Below are positions 30,456-46,436 of a stretch of DNA of 64,000 nucleotides, one piece after another. The notes beneath the pieces are model-generated. The model was not told the DNA's origin and made no database searches. It worked only from the letters and a program-made list of their open reading frames with translations. The DNA is from Eledone cirrhosa (taxonomy: Eukaryota). The stretch lies in the NCBI GenBank assembly GCA_964016885.1, contig OZ024756.1, forward strand, positions 30,194,001 to 30,258,000, read 5' to 3'. Positions within the stretch are counted from its first letter, which is position 1. Each line of letters opens with the position of its first letter. Position numbers and translations under genes: made by a program.

Positions 30456-30716
30456 CAGGTATGGGCAAACTTTTTCTAGAAGCGGGCCGCATGAGATATG
30501 GCTCATCATCAGGGGGCCCGTAAGCGTTTATTTACATTCGAGCCCACATTAACAAAAGGGCGGTAACTCAGTTGTTTTGATTTGTTTCTTAGGAAGATAT
30601 GATAGAAACATAAATTACGACTGAAAAGTTGGGGTAAAATAATTAGAAAGATTTCACCTAGGTGACTTAGGTGAGCCATTCAAAAAGCTTCGCGGGCCGC
30701 AGGGTGCCCATGACTG
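30456..30716. mobile_element. hAT/Charlie-like MITE
   Basis: TIRs CAGGTATGGGCA and TGCCCATGACTG, subterminal GCGGGCCGCA motifs, degenerate 8-bp flanks GTTTAGAG/CTTCAGAC. Confidence 0.65.
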
Positions 30717-31060
30717 CTTCAGACAATGCAACTACGATTCACTAAAGCCTCTCATCACGACTAAATCGGTTCCCAAACAATTTTTTTCAAACATAGAGAG
30801 TCTCGGTTGACGGAGGAGGAATCGGAGAAGGAAGAGGAGAAAGAAAGGAAGAGAAGGTGGAGGAAAAATAGAAGGAGGAGGAGGAAGTGGAGAGGGCGAG
30901 GGAGAGGGCGAGGGAGAGGGGTTTCGTACCTTGGTTGAGGTCTTTTTATATATGATTCCTTTGAACAGATTTATCTACCAGAAGAAGTACGGTTGTGCAG
31001 AGGGAAATACAAATACAAATGAGTAATTGTAGTGTTAAACACACATATACACACGCTCGT

Positions 31061-31186
<126 letters not shown>

Positions 31187-31324
31187 CATACATACATACA
31201 TAAATAAATAGGTACATACACTTCTCATCTTGTTAACAAGACATGCTTGATAGAAAAAATGTCTCCCATGTGTACACACGTACACACACACACATACATG
31301 TGTATCTAACTATCTATCCACACA

Positions 31325-31520
<196 letters not shown>

Positions 31521-31526
31521 TCTGTG

Positions 31527-31575
<49 letters not shown>

Positions 31576-31622
31576 ATATTTATACACATTTATTTAGTGG
31601 ATATACATGCATACATATACCT

Positions 31623-31688
<66 letters not shown>

Positions 31689-32029
31689 ATATATATAAAT
31701 ATATATATATATATAAAACATACATATATATATATTTACGTATATCTATAAATATATGTATGTATATGTACGGCGCCTTTGATGAATTTAACCTACGTTT
31801 CTATGATGTGGGAATGAGATGCCGTTGCAATTATAACCAGCCCAAGGCATTCACGTAGTTTTTAATATTTAGCATATGTTTGCTATAAACCTGCAAATGT
31901 ATCAACACAGATATATCGTAAACTTAGGTCGCCATCTTGTCAATGTCGTTTGTAAAATTCAGTAGATTGCTCAGCTAGATCTGCGCAGTTCACTGAAATG
32001 TATACATATATAAATACATACATGCATAC

Positions 32030-32998
32030 ATGATGATGATGGCTGCCCCCTCGTTATCGAGTATGGCCATTGCACGATATACCATTATTAATAATTATTA
32101 ATTAATTCTATCGTGCAATGCGTGAAGATATATTTTAAAGTGAGGAAAGACTGTGCACTGAGCCAATCCCACTCTCTGAGCGACAGTAGCTATAACCCGA
32201 AAATAAGAAAATATCAACATCATCGGTAACTACTAGGAGAAGGCAACTCAGGAAACTGGGATAACTCCGATATAAAACCTACGGCTCAGTAGTAACATGC
32301 ATACATACATATATACATACATACATTCATACATATATATATATAGAGATGGTGGCTGCCAACTCGTTTTCGAGTATGGCCACTACTTTATATCCATGTA
32401 GGAGAACTCCTACCGTTGCGCTGAACGAGTGTGACTTTTTATTCCAGCCAGCGACTTGAAAACTCTGGTACAAACACTACACTTGTGACAATTATTGACA
32501 CATAGTGCTTGGCCCATGGTACCATGTGACGACAAGTGCAGAGAGATCTCCAGAAATAAATATACATACATAAATATATACATACATATATGGTGGCTGC
32601 CAACTCGTTTTCGAGTACGGCCACTACTTTATATCCATGTAGGAGAACCCCTACCGAAGCGCTGAACGAGTGTGACTTTTTAGTCCAGCCAGCGATTTGA
32701 AAACTCTGATACAAACACTACACTTGTGACAATTATTGACACATAGTGCTGGGCCCATGGTACCATGTGAGGACAAGTGCAGAGAGATCTCCAGATATAA
32801 AGCAATGCCTGTGCCGTGAAGCTTTTATAGTGAGCAAAGGCACTGCACAAAGCCAGTCCCACTCTCTTAACCAAGATGATATTTACCAAAAAGAAGAACA
32901 AGTCAACATCATTGGATACCATCAGGGTTGCAGGTGTTATATCAGAGTTTTCCTTCTCCTAGAATTCTGCCTTGACAAAGGCTAAGGGGGGTCATCTC
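32030..32998 (-). mobile_element. Non-autonomous RTE-derived elements with a duplicated about 205-bp 3' part
   Basis: 32350-32553 duplicated at 32590-32795; nearly identical inverted copy at 49317-49718; contains the RTE 5'-type motif CTAGGAGAAGGAAAACTCTGA; related copy with (CAT)n tail at 32030-32295. Confidence 0.7.
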
Positions 32999-33150
32999 TC
33001 CCGGATACATACATACATACAAACATACATACATACTTATATATGTACATACATCTATACGTTATACATACATACATATGTATACATACTTACAGACTAT
33101 CTATTTATCCTTCTATTTCTGACTCTCTCTCCTTATATATATATATACAT

Positions 33151-33269
<119 letters not shown>

Positions 33270-33280
33270 CACATATATAT

Positions 33281-33585
33281 AAGAACAAAAGATGGTTAAA
33301 AGAGTTCCATGTATTTTATTATGCGCATTTCAAAAACAAATATCATCATGCAATAATATTTGTGTTTTCATCAGATAAAACAGGAAGACATGATATGAAG
33401 GTTAAAAAACACTTGTGGATAGTTCAGTTTTAAATCAACAAATGCGCATAATAAAATACATGGAACTCTTTTAACCATCTTTTGTTCTTATATATTATGT
33501 ATACTCCAGTCCTACAAACTGTAGAGTGCTTCTTATCCGATATCTGCATTGCTTTATTGTACTACAATAAAACTCACCTCCTACA
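33281..33585. mobile_element. Family A HHR module, fold-back form
   Basis: Minus-strand HHR 33314-33380 (TTTTAT-CTGATGA-12-bp stem II-GAAA-TGCGCA-TA-ATAAAA); arms 33281-33330 and 33440-33489. Confidence 0.8.
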
Positions 33586-33594
33586 TATATATAC

Positions 33595-33628
<34 letters not shown>

Positions 33629-33717
33629 GTATGTAAAAAGTAAACATGAATAACAACACAATCGGTGTATATGAAAGGAATATATTAGGTTAACGCTTGA
33701 AATAGTAGGACGAGGGA

Positions 33718-33751
33718 CTTGACGTTTCGGACGCTAGTCCTTCACCAGAAG
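33718..33751 (-). ncRNA. Minimal PLE-type hammerhead motif, family G, with one core mutation
   Basis: Minus strand CTT-CTGGTGA-AGGAC TAGC GTCC-GAAA-CG-TC-AAG. Confidence 0.65.
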
Positions 33752-34130
33752 AAAGAATGAGAAATAAGATAGATTGAAGGGACGGGCGATATATATATAT
33801 ATAGTAATAATAATAATAATAAATTTGAAGACTAAAATCCAAAGAGGGCTCGATAAGGATAAATATATATCAAATATATAAGAACCGTTATATCAGAAGA
33901 TCCCCTTAACGGTGGAAGTAGCGATTCGTTGCTTAAACTTTAATCTGTTATTTTAATAAATATATATATACTCTTTTACTCTTTTACCTGTTTCAGCCAT
34001 CCGGCTGAGGCCATGCTGGGGCACCGTATATATCACATTGACCGACCAGTCTGTGGGGCGCCAATCGGCGCCATCCCACTGGCTGGTATATATATATATA
34101 TATATATAGTTTCCATTTGTTAATATATCG

Positions 34131-34163
<33 letters not shown>

Positions 34164-34170
34164 ATGTATG

Positions 34171-34204
<34 letters not shown>

Positions 34205-34280
34205 TTATAAATATAGTTTCATCCACTTCATATGTATGCGTGACCATATGTATGCATAGATATGTATGTATGAATATATA

Positions 34281-34378
<98 letters not shown>

Positions 34379-34419
34379 CACTCTGTCTCTCTCGCGTTCT
34401 CCCTCTCTCTCATTCTCTG

Positions 34420-34560
34420 GTTTTATAAATATGGTTTTATAAATATAGTTTCCATTTGTTAATATATCGTATTTTTATTCCAATAATTTGTTGAGTGCTT
34501 TATATCAGTTATAAAAAATATTTGCTTGTTGTATCCCAACAATTTAAATAGAACTTCTAC
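34420..34560 (+). mobile_element. Family D 3' tail fragment
   Basis: Reverse-complement homologous to 12328-12450; short copy at 34107-34132. Confidence 0.65.
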
Positions 34561-34613
<53 letters not shown>

Positions 34614-35416
34614 TACCATCTTTATTTCCCTCTTCTTTTCTCAGTTTCTTTATCTCTCTCTTTACCTAGCTATCTATCAATATACCAATCTCTCATTGCC
34701 TCTCTCTTCATGAAATATATAGTAATTATTGTTATTTCTCTTTTTTTTTTTTACTTATATGAATAATGCATTGCTATTTGACTACTGCAATATAATAATA
34801 TAATATACACCACATACCATTATCAAATATAATATAATATAATATAATATAATATAATATAATATAATATAATATAATATAATATAATATAATATTTTAT
34901 AATATAATATAATATAATAATAGAAAACTGAAGATGGAAAACGTAAAAAAAAACATGGCTGCTTAACAATAAAATACCATAATAGTAATGATTATAAACA
35001 CAAGCAGAACCAACCAACAACAACAACAACAGCAACACCAATAAGAATTTTAATGATAATGTTAATAGTTGTTGTTGTTGTTATTGTTATTATTATTATT
35101 ATTATTGTTGTTGTTGTTGTTGTTGTTATTATATTAATAATATTAGAAGGAGAAGAAGAAGAAGAAGAAGAAGAAGAAGAAGAAGAAGAAGAAGAAGAAG
35201 AAAGAAAATGATGATAATGAAGAAGAAGAAGAAGAAGAAGAAGAAGAAGAATGCAATTAATCTAGTAACAAAACTAAAAGAATATAAAAACATTAACCGT
35301 ATATAAGAATGAGAGAAATAAAGAGAGAAAGAGAAAAAGAAGGAACAAGAAGACAAAGAAATGATGAAATACAACAAAAGAAGCAGGTCATAAAGATTGC
35401 ATGTACATTATATGTG

Positions 35417-35480
<64 letters not shown>

Positions 35481-35542
35481 TACATGTATGTATATGTATA
35501 TATATATATATATTTACATACATACACAAATATATATGTATA

Positions 35543-35578
<36 letters not shown>

Positions 35579-35600
35579 CATACACACATATATGTGTATG

Positions 35601-35662
<62 letters not shown>

Positions 35663-35754
35663 TATATACATACATACACGAATTTCTATATATGTATATA
35701 TATATTTTATATTTTATATTTTATATACATATATATTATATATATATATATTAC

Positions 35755-35805
<51 letters not shown>

Positions 35806-35827
35806 TACATACACATATGTGTATGTA

Positions 35828-35908
<81 letters not shown>

Positions 35909-36064
35909 ATATATATATATATTTAATACATATATATATAATATATATGTATATATATAAAATATATATATACATACATAGAAATATGTGTATGTATGTA
36001 TATATGTATATATATATATATATATATACACATACATACACATATATATGTGTATGTATATATG

Positions 36065-36100
<36 letters not shown>

Positions 36101-36206
36101 CATAGATATTTGTGTATGTATGTATGTAAATATATCTATATATATATATATATATTTATTAAAATAACAGATTAAAGTTTAAGCAAAGAATCGCTGCTTT
36201 TATTAC

Positions 36207-36307
<101 letters not shown>

Positions 36308-36442
36308 CATGCATACACACACACATATATGTATAAATGTCTGTGTGTGTATGGGGGTACGTGGGAGTGTTTCTACTATATGCGTCAGATTAAACAATAT
36401 ATAAATACACATATACATATTTGTATATATATATATATATAG

Positions 36443-36485
<43 letters not shown>

Positions 36486-36541
36486 ACATATATATACATA
36501 TATATATATACAATATATATATATATATAAGTATATATATG

Positions 36542-36615
<74 letters not shown>

Positions 36616-36979
36616 CAATATATATATATATAAGTATATATATATGTATACACAAAAAAGCTTATACCAACACATTCACACACACACGTACATACATATA
36701 TACATATTCACACATATCTATTCACATACACACATATACACAGAGACACATATATACACATAGATACATATACACACACCCATACACCCACACACCCACA
36801 CACATACACATACACATATACCCCCCCCATATATATATATATGATGATGAAAGTGAAGGAAAATAGTTGGAGAGTGAAAGTTTCGAAAATTTCTAAAGAA
36901 TTTTATGTAAATCGGATCGAGATGATACGAAACTAGATGAAACATTAATTGACTTGAGCACATAAAGATATAATACATG

Positions 36980-38535
36980 AGGGCGGTGGTGGTGGTTGTG
37001 GTGGTGGTGGTGGTGGTGGTGGTGGTGGTGGTGGTGGTGGTAATAGTGGTGATGGTGATGGTGGTGGTGTTGGTGGTTGTGGTGGTGGGGTTGGTGGTGG
37101 TGGTGGTGGTGGTGGTGGTGATGGTGGTGGTGATGGTGTTGGTGGTGGTGGTGGTGGTGATGGTGATGGTGGTGGGGTTGCTGATGGTGGTAGTGGTGAT
37201 GGTGGTGGTGGTGGTGTTGGTAGTTGTGGTGGTGGGGTTGGTGATGGTGGTGGTGTTGGTGGTGGTGGTGGTGGTGGTGTTGGTGGTGGTGGTGATGGTA
37301 ATAGTGGTGATGGTGATGGTGGTGGTGTTGGTGGTTGTGGTGGTGGGGTTGGTGGTGGTGGTGGTAGTAGTGGTGATGGTGGTGGTGTTGGTGGTTGTGG
37401 TGGTGGGGTTGGTGGTGGTGGTGGTGGTTGTGGTGGTGATGGTGTTGGTAGTAGTGGTGATGGTGATGGTGGTGGTGGTGGTGGTGTTGGTAGTAGTGGT
37501 TATGGTGATGGGGAGGGTGGTGGTGGTGGTGTTGGTGGTTGTGGTGGTGTTGGTAGTAGTGATGATGGTGATGGTGAGGGTGGTGGTGGTGGTGGTGGTG
37601 GTTGTGGTGGTTGTGGTGGTTGTGGTAGTGGTTTTGGTAGTGGTGGTGGAGGTGGTGGTGGTGTTGGTACTAGTGGTGATGGTGATGGTGGTGGTGGTTG
37701 TGGTGGTGGTGTTGGTAGTAGTGGTGATGGTGATGGTGAGGGTGGTAGTGGTAGTGGTGGTGGTGGTGGTGGTTGTGGTGGTTGTGGTGGTGGTGTTGGT
37801 GGTGGTGGTGATGGTAGTAGTGGTGATGGTGATAGTGGTGGTGGTGGTGGTAGTTGTGTTGGTTGTGGTAGTGGTGTTGGTAGTGGTGGTGGTGGTGGCG
37901 GTGGTGGTGGTGTTGGTACTAGTGGTGATGGTGATGGTGAGGGTGGTGGTGATGGTCGTGGTTGTGGTGGTGGTGGTGGTGGTGTTGGTAGTAGTGGTGG
38001 TGGTGGTGGTGGTGGTGGTGGTGGTGGCATTGGTGCTGCTTGTTTTCATGGTAGTGTTGTTGGTGATGGTGGTGGTGGTGGTGGTGGTGTTCGTGTTGGT
38101 GGCGATTATTGCTCTGATAGTGGTGGTGGCGGTGGTAGTGCTGTTGGTGGCGATTATTGCGGTGGTAGTGATGATGGTGGAGGTATTGGTGGTGTTGGTG
38201 GTGGTAGCATTCGTCGTTGTGGTTTTCATGGTAGTGCTGGTAGTGGTGGTGGTGTTGCTGGTGGCGATTACTGTGGTCATAACGGTGATGGTGTTGGTGA
38301 TATTGATAGTGTTGGTGGTGGTGTTGTTGGTGTTAGTTGTAGTGGTGGGTTTAATGGTAGTAGTGCTGGTGGTGGTGTTGTTGGTGTTAGTTGTAGTGGT
38401 GGTTTTAATGGTAGTACTAGTGGTGGTGGTGTTGTTGGTGTTAGTTGTAGTGGTGGTTTTAATGGTAGTACTGCTGGTGGTGGTGTTGTTGTTTGTAGCA
38501 CTTACTACGCTGGTAATTGTGATGGTAATGGTGAT
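36980..38535. repeat. 1.55-kb degenerate (GGT)n tract
   Basis: Direct reading; source of the poly-Thr, poly-Val and poly-Pro ORFs. Confidence 0.9.
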
Positions 38536-38737
38536 GCATTGTCCACGTCGTGAGGAAGGCATTATGAATTTGAAAACCATGTAAAGACATTTACTGTTGT
38601 TTGTACCTTTGTGGCAGCATCCTTTGTATGACAATTAATTGTAAAATGTATATATTATCAAATTTTACCTCAGGTGTCAGGTTGACATTCGGCTTTGTTT
38701 CGGGAATGAAGCAGAATTCAAAAGAAGCTTCAAATAA

Positions 38738-38796
<59 letters not shown>

Positions 38797-38814
38797 ATAA
38801 TAATAATAATAATA

Positions 38815-39575
38815 AAAAAAGGACATAGAAACATATATATTAACAATAAAAATGAAAAATTGAAACAATGAAAAATTCCCCAATAGGGGGGAAACCTCCG
38901 AGGGTTACTCGTGGCGAAAACCACACAAAAGACCACGGCCACCCTGACCACCAGGGCAAGCGCCCTCTCTCAATTTTTCCATCTCTCAAACTACAGACGT
39001 ATATTCAGAGTGGAACTCGGACCATTCTCGCTACATTCACCCACCTTTCAACAAACTTGCTAGAAGGTAGCACTTGCCTATCCACCCTGATTTTCCTCTT
39101 CAAGTGAAACTTGAAAAAGTTAATTAGGGATTCGCCGTAGAGGAAAGTGTCTGTCTTTAACCCTTTTAACCTTGTCCACCACACAATTTCTTTCGCCATG
39201 GCGACCAGGCAGATGAAAACCGCCTGCCCTTCCTCCTCGAAGGAAGACGGCGCGACCATCTGCACAATGGATTCAGTCGACAACCGGATCAGTCCTATAC
39301 GCGACAGCAACTGTTCGACATAGCTCCACAAGTCAGCAATGCTCGGGCACTGAACGAGTGCGTGCACGGCGGTTTCGTCGCTCTGCGCGCATCTCAGACA
39401 GGCTCGGCTAACGGCACTTTCGTGCCTGTAGAGCTTATCTCGAACCGGCAGCGCTCCCCGGTAGCACTGCCAGGCCAGGGATTTTTGGAAGTTATCCATA
39501 GGCCCCAGGCTGAAAGTTATCCGGAAGAGAGCAAACAGCTGATCTTCGACGCCCAGGATCTCTCCGAGAATATAA
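38815..39575 (-). mobile_element. 5'-truncated L1/Tx1-clade LINE: ORF2 C-terminus and 3'UTR
   Basis: Open frame with LAWQCYRGALPVRDKL...CLRCAQSDETAVHALVQCP (CxxC-x7-H-x4-C zinc knuckle of L1/Tx1 ORF2) and AKEIVWWTR. Confidence 0.9.
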
Positions 39576-39921
39576 TAAACAATTGCAATGGCAGGATGGC
39601 AGGTCATATCAAATACTCATTTGAGAGAAGATTCACGTTCTCACCGAGATGTCAGATAAACTGTGTTTATATGTAACACATTCACTTATCTATTTCTTCA
39701 ATCCAACAAAACCACATTCTGACAACTTGTAAGAACAAGTAGATATTTAAAGTTGAATGTTCACAAAATTTCCTTCATTTCTCGTTTTACTTATTTCTGA
39801 CAAAACATTGCGCAAGTGTATAGAATTATATTACTAGAGATTAAATAGAAAGAAATACATCCCACCGTAAGTTCTCTGCCAGTAACACCTCTCTCTCTTC
39901 CTCTCTCTTTGTCTCTCTCTC

Positions 39922-39987
<66 letters not shown>

Positions 39988-40045
39988 ATCTATCTAATTA
40001 TCTATCTATCTGTATGTAGATATATATATAAATAAAAATAAATAA

Positions 40046-40078
<33 letters not shown>

Positions 40079-41450
40079 CCGTATATATATATATATGAAA
40101 TCACACCTGCTTTCCAGCTCATATAAACTTAACACACTTATTATTCTCTTTAAGACTACCTTTTCTGATTTACTTTAATTTTTAACGTTATTATTAAATC
40201 CTTTTTATTTTTATTTTTATTTTTATTTTTATTTTTATTTTTATTTTTACTTCACATCAACCACTAAACTCCCCCCCCCCTTTATTCTCCGATTCACTTA
40301 CCTAATATCTTCACTTTCCACTTTTTACTTCCCTATTTTCTTCACTACCTGATTACAGGAGTCACTTGCGTTTTCCACTCCAGATATTTTCTGTTATTTC
40401 GCAGCCAATCTTATATTTTTATATTTGTACTCACTTATTCACAAGGCCGTTTTTACACCCTGTATCTATGTGTCTGAGCGTCTTTATGTGTGTATACTTT
40501 CTGTATATGTACACCAACGCCTCCGTATGTGCGCGCGCGTGCGTGTGTATATATATATGTGTATGTATGTGTGTTTTTATATCTGTGTTTTTACATCTAT
40601 TTTCTTACATTCTTATTTTTATGTGTGCGCATGTAAGCGGGTCAACGTGCGTGAGTGTATGTATGTGTGTGTGTATGTGTGTGTGTACGTACTGAATGTA
40701 TGGATGTGTAAGTGTGCGTATGTATATATGTATGTATATATTTATGTGTGTGTATGTGTGTGTGAGTATACAGTCGCGTACGTACGTGTGATTAGATATA
40801 CATGGGGCGAGGTGTATGTATATATATATGTGCATCCTGTGTGTGTATGTATACTTGCATACGCTTTTGTCTGCACGTTTTGCGTGTATATATATATATT
40901 TTTTTATAGATATACGTTTCTTATAGATATATGTGTGTATGTACGCGTGTACCTTGTTTGTTTTCTTTTCTTTACTTCGCTATTTTTTCTTTCTAAATTA
41001 TTGTTCCATTTTTATAAATATATCGAGAATGATACTTTCTTTTTACTATTACACTCCCTTACCTCTTTTTCTTCCGCATATAAGTGTACGCGCGTGTGTG
41101 TGTGTTTATACGCGTGCCTTCATATTCTTATAATGTATCTAATACCCTGTTTTTTTGCATACCTGTCAACCGGACACTCATATCATGTCTGTGTCTGTAG
41201 TTACATATACACAGATATACTTACCCTCATACATATATTTACGCACACATTTTCACTATACACACACATTTTTACATACATACATATGTACATCTGTGAG
41301 TGTATATACCTACATATACACACACCTAACTATATTTCTTAAAATTTTTTTTAGATATTTTATGTCTATTGTATTACCTACATCTATATTTACATAATTT
41401 TTTTTGCATTTCTTGAGGAGACTTTCCAAATATTTAGCTATGTTTTATAT

Positions 41451-41524
41451 TGCCTCGTCCGACGAACGAATGAAGACGTTTCTTTCGTATTCGCCTTATT
41501 CGGGAAACCTCTGGTAATGAGGTA
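41451..41524 (+). ncRNA. Type I hammerhead motif, family C-related, U4C variant
   Basis: 8-bp stem I TGCCTCGT/ATGAGGTA, CCGACGA, stem II CGAAT/ATTCG, GAAA-CC TCT GG-TA; downstream GCTCTGGTACTTACATAGAGCACTCT. Confidence 0.7.
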
Positions 41525-41626
41525 ATTATATTGTATTGTTGTTTTTTATACATTACATTTTGCTCTGGTACTTACATAGAGCACTCTTCACTCCTATGAC
41601 TTTTTCTGTTTTCAACGGAAACTTCA

Positions 41627-41679
<53 letters not shown>

Positions 41680-41689
41680 AGTAGAAACA

Positions 41690-41762
<73 letters not shown>

Positions 41763-41767
41763 TAATA

Positions 41768-41935
41768 ATAATTGCTTCTACTTTAGGCACAAGGCCAGCA
41801 ATTATCCAGCATTACTGGTACTTTATTTTATCGACCCCGTAAGGATGAAAGGCAAATATAACCTCGGCGGGATTTGAATTCAGATTATAAAGGGCCGTAA
41901 CTCTATATTGGAAAGCATGGCGTCCGGCCGACGAC
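41768..41935 (-). mobile_element. Dominant SINE copy
   Basis: Core and B-box match. Confidence 0.85.
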
Positions 41936-41969
41936 ATTGGTACTGCTGAAGCTGATGCTAATCGTAATG

Positions 41970-42001
<32 letters not shown>

Positions 42002-42239
42002 GATGATGATGATGATGGTGATGATGGTGATGATGGTGATGATGACGATGATGATGACGATGACCGTGACGATGACGATGATGATGATGATGAAGATGAC
42101 GATGATGGGTTTGATGATGACGATGATGATGGTGGTCGTAGTGATATTGTTCTCAATCTTCTGCTAAATGATAATGTCGGTTATGTTTGGCAAACGCATA
42201 AATCAAATCCCCCAAGTGGTTTAACAGAAGACTCTGTTT

Positions 42240-42836
42240 CTGTTGTTGTTACTGTTGTTGTTGTTACTGTTGTTGTTGTTGTTACTGTTGTTGTTGTTAG
42301 TGTTGTTGTTGCTACTGTTGTTGTTGCTACTGTTGTTGTTGTTACTGTTGTTGTTGTTGTTACTGTTGTTGTTGTTACTGTTGTTGTTGTTACTGTTGTT
42401 GTTGTTACTGTTGTTGTTGTTACTGTTGTTGTTGTTACTGTTGTTGTTGTTACTGTTGTTGTTGCTACTGTTGTTGTTGCTACTGTTGTTGTTGTTACTG
42501 TTGTTGTTGTTACTGTTGTTGTTGTTACTGTTGTTGTTGTTACTGTTGTTGTTGTTACTGTTGTTGTTGTTACTGTTGTTGTTGTTACTGTTGTTGTTGT
42601 TACTGTTGTTGTTGTTACTGTTGTTGTTGTTACTGTTGTTGTTGTTACTGTTGTTGTTGTTACTGTTGTTGTTGTTACTGTTGTTGTTGCTACTGTTGTT
42701 GTTGTTACTGTTGTTGTTGTTACTGTTGTTGTTGTTGTTGTTGTTGTTACTGTTGTTGTTGTTACTGTTGTTTTTGTTACTGTTGTTACTGTTGTCGTTA
42801 CTGTTGTTGTCGTTACTGTTGTTGTTACTGTTGTTG
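42240..42836. repeat. 15-bp satellite (TGTTGTTGTTGTTAC)n
   Basis: Direct reading. Confidence 0.95.
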
Positions 42837-42923
42837 GAATGTTTTGTGGCATTCAATTACCTCCCTTTAAACTACAGTCTGGGTTTGAATTCCGTCGAGG
42901 TCGACATTACCATTCATCCTCCC

Positions 42924-43026
<103 letters not shown>

Positions 43027-43052
43027 AGAACACACACACAGAACACACACAG

Positions 43053-43158
<106 letters not shown>

Positions 43159-43227
43159 AGTTTATGGCGGGGGTAACAGTTCTAGCCCTGTAGAAGCCAT
43201 TTCTATATCAAATAAATATCTGTTTGT

Positions 43228-43617
<390 letters not shown>

Positions 43618-43689
43618 CATACATATATATATGCATATATATATATATATATTTATATATATATTTATATGTACATATATATATATATA

Positions 43690-43870
43690 CGATATTAACA
43701 AATGGAAACTATATTTATAAAACCATATTTATTTCATTATACATATTTCAAGGACACCAAGTTAAATTATGGTGTGCTTTCATCAGATAAAATATAATAT
43801 AGATCAGTTTTATAAATAAATATTGACATACCCTTAAAGAATGCAACCATCACTGTTGGAAGCTCGAAAC
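43690..43870 (-). mobile_element. Family D HHR module (HHR at 43731-43793)
   Basis: Minus strand ATTTTAT-CTGATGA-AAGCACACCA..TGGTGTCCTT-GAAA-TATGTA-TA-ATGAAAT. Confidence 0.75.
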
Positions 43871-43911
<41 letters not shown>

Positions 43912-43967
43912 TATATATATATATGTATATATATATACACATATATATATATATGTATATATTTATG

Positions 43968-43999
<32 letters not shown>

Positions 44000-44711
44000 T
44001 GTATGTATGTATGTATGTATGTATGTATGTATGTATGTATGTATATACAGTGGGATATCGGTTCACAAACGCTCTTGTCACTAACAAATCAGTTCTCAAA
44101 CGATGTTCAAGAGATCTGAGTAAGTGAATTCCGCCGCTCACTTTATTTCTCTCACTTTCTATCTTCGCACACATTTTATCAATAAATTTCGATTTAAAAA
44201 TTCCATTTATATTTTGATATCAATGACGGCACCTTTACGAAATAAACATTAGGATATCATAGCAGCCATATTGGCAAATATTGACCACCCCTACCCATAC
44301 CCACAGGTCTCTCTCTCTCTATCTTTATATTTAAGTAAAAGGTGTCTCTTTATATTTAAGAAAAACAAAGACGCTTTCTGTTACTGTTTTAAACCCCCAA
44401 ATACTTCAAAAGGTTTGTGTTTTAAAAACATGGCCGCTATTTCACAATTTCTTTTTGTTATTTATTCTCTCGCTCTACTTTGAATTAGGAGACAATAAAA
44501 CAATGATGTTTTGATTTCTGTTACACATACAATGAATACATCAAACAACAATTTGCGTTTGAAAAGCATGGCTGACAATAGATCAAGCCCTTTCTATTTC
44601 ACTCGCTCTGTATATCACAATATATCTGTGTATCTTTTCTTCTTCAGCGATCAGTCTTTGTTGATTAGCTTGAAGGAAATTAACCCCCATATCTATCTAT
44701 CTCTCTGCCTG

Positions 44712-44756
<45 letters not shown>

Positions 44757-45065
44757 ATATATATATCTATCTATATATATCTGTGATAACATTTTACACG
44801 TTTTTATTGTATGTAAACTTCCCCCTTTGTATTTGTCCCCTTCTTTTGTGCCCCTGTGGCTAATAAAGAAATATATCTATCTATCTATCTATATATCTAT
44901 TATCTATCTATCTATCTATCTACTCATCTCTACTTACCACACTCTCTCATGATCTATGATACATAACGTACTCATATACACTTCATTTACTGGTTTCAAT
45001 CCCTAAACTGCGTCCAGGCTGGAGCACCACATGGATCGTTGGTCTACTTTTAGTCGAAACATGAA

Positions 45066-45176
<111 letters not shown>

Positions 45177-45230
45177 GTATATACATATACATATATATAT
45201 ATATATACACATATACATATATATACATAC

Positions 45231-45263
<33 letters not shown>

Positions 45264-45286
45264 CATATATATACATATATATGAAA

Positions 45287-45475
45287 TAATTGTTTCTACT
45301 TTTGGCACAAGGCCACCAATTATCCCAGTGTATTACTGGTACTTTATTTTATCGACCCCGTAAGGATGAAAGGCAAAGTTGACCTCGGCGGGATTTGAAC
45401 TCAGATCATAAAGGGAGGTAACTCTATGCTTCAAAGCATGGCGTCCGACCCTCTACCGATACTGCCAATCCACCA
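45287..45475 (-). mobile_element. Dominant SINE copy
   Basis: Full-length match. Confidence 0.9.
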
Positions 45476-45688
45476 TTAAATATATAGAAATATATAGAAG
45501 TAATGTGTCCAATATTGATATACCTTTGTAGTTGAATCATGTCCTTGATCTTTAATCTCTAATATCTGATCAATGTATTTGTTATTGTACCTCACAATAA
45601 TCATTGACTTTAAACATTTCAACAATCGTTGACTTCAAACACTTGGCTGCTGAAATTAACTAGCTTTCTGCAGAGTGTTTATACATAC

Positions 45689-45804
<116 letters not shown>

Positions 45805-45978
45805 AATATATATATTATATGTATATATATATATATGTATACAAAAATACATACATAATGCTAGTGATGTACAATAATGTATATATGTATATGTGTATAC
45901 ATACATATGTCGTTAAATATACATATATGAATACATCACTCTATACATATGCATTGATACATACATACACACACAAAT

Positions 45979-46009
<31 letters not shown>

Positions 46010-46052
46010 AATATACATATATATATACATAGATATAAATATATACATATAC

Positions 46053-46083
<31 letters not shown>

Positions 46084-46184
46084 CAAATATACATACATAT
46101 ATATAAATATACATACTTATATATATATATGTATATATATATATATACATATATATTCATATATACATATATACATATATATAC

Positions 46185-46295
<111 letters not shown>

Positions 46296-46436
46296 GATTT
46301 ACACACACACAACAGACATACACATACACACACACACCTACGTACATATACGCATGTATATGTAACTAACACCGTCAATTGTCTTAACATGGGTGTAATT
46401 ATACTTACAACAAACCAAAGCTCTTCAAAAACTCAA

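Noticed and set aside
33890-33940. Degenerate hammerhead-like CAGAAGA...GGAA motif, with an inverted relative at 36155-36205
   Set aside because: Two core substitutions and no stem I.
36718-38634. 638-aa Thr-rich mucin-like ORF and the antisense poly-Val ORF
   Set aside because: Translation of a degenerate (GGT)n tract, open on both strands, with no signal peptide or recognisable domain.
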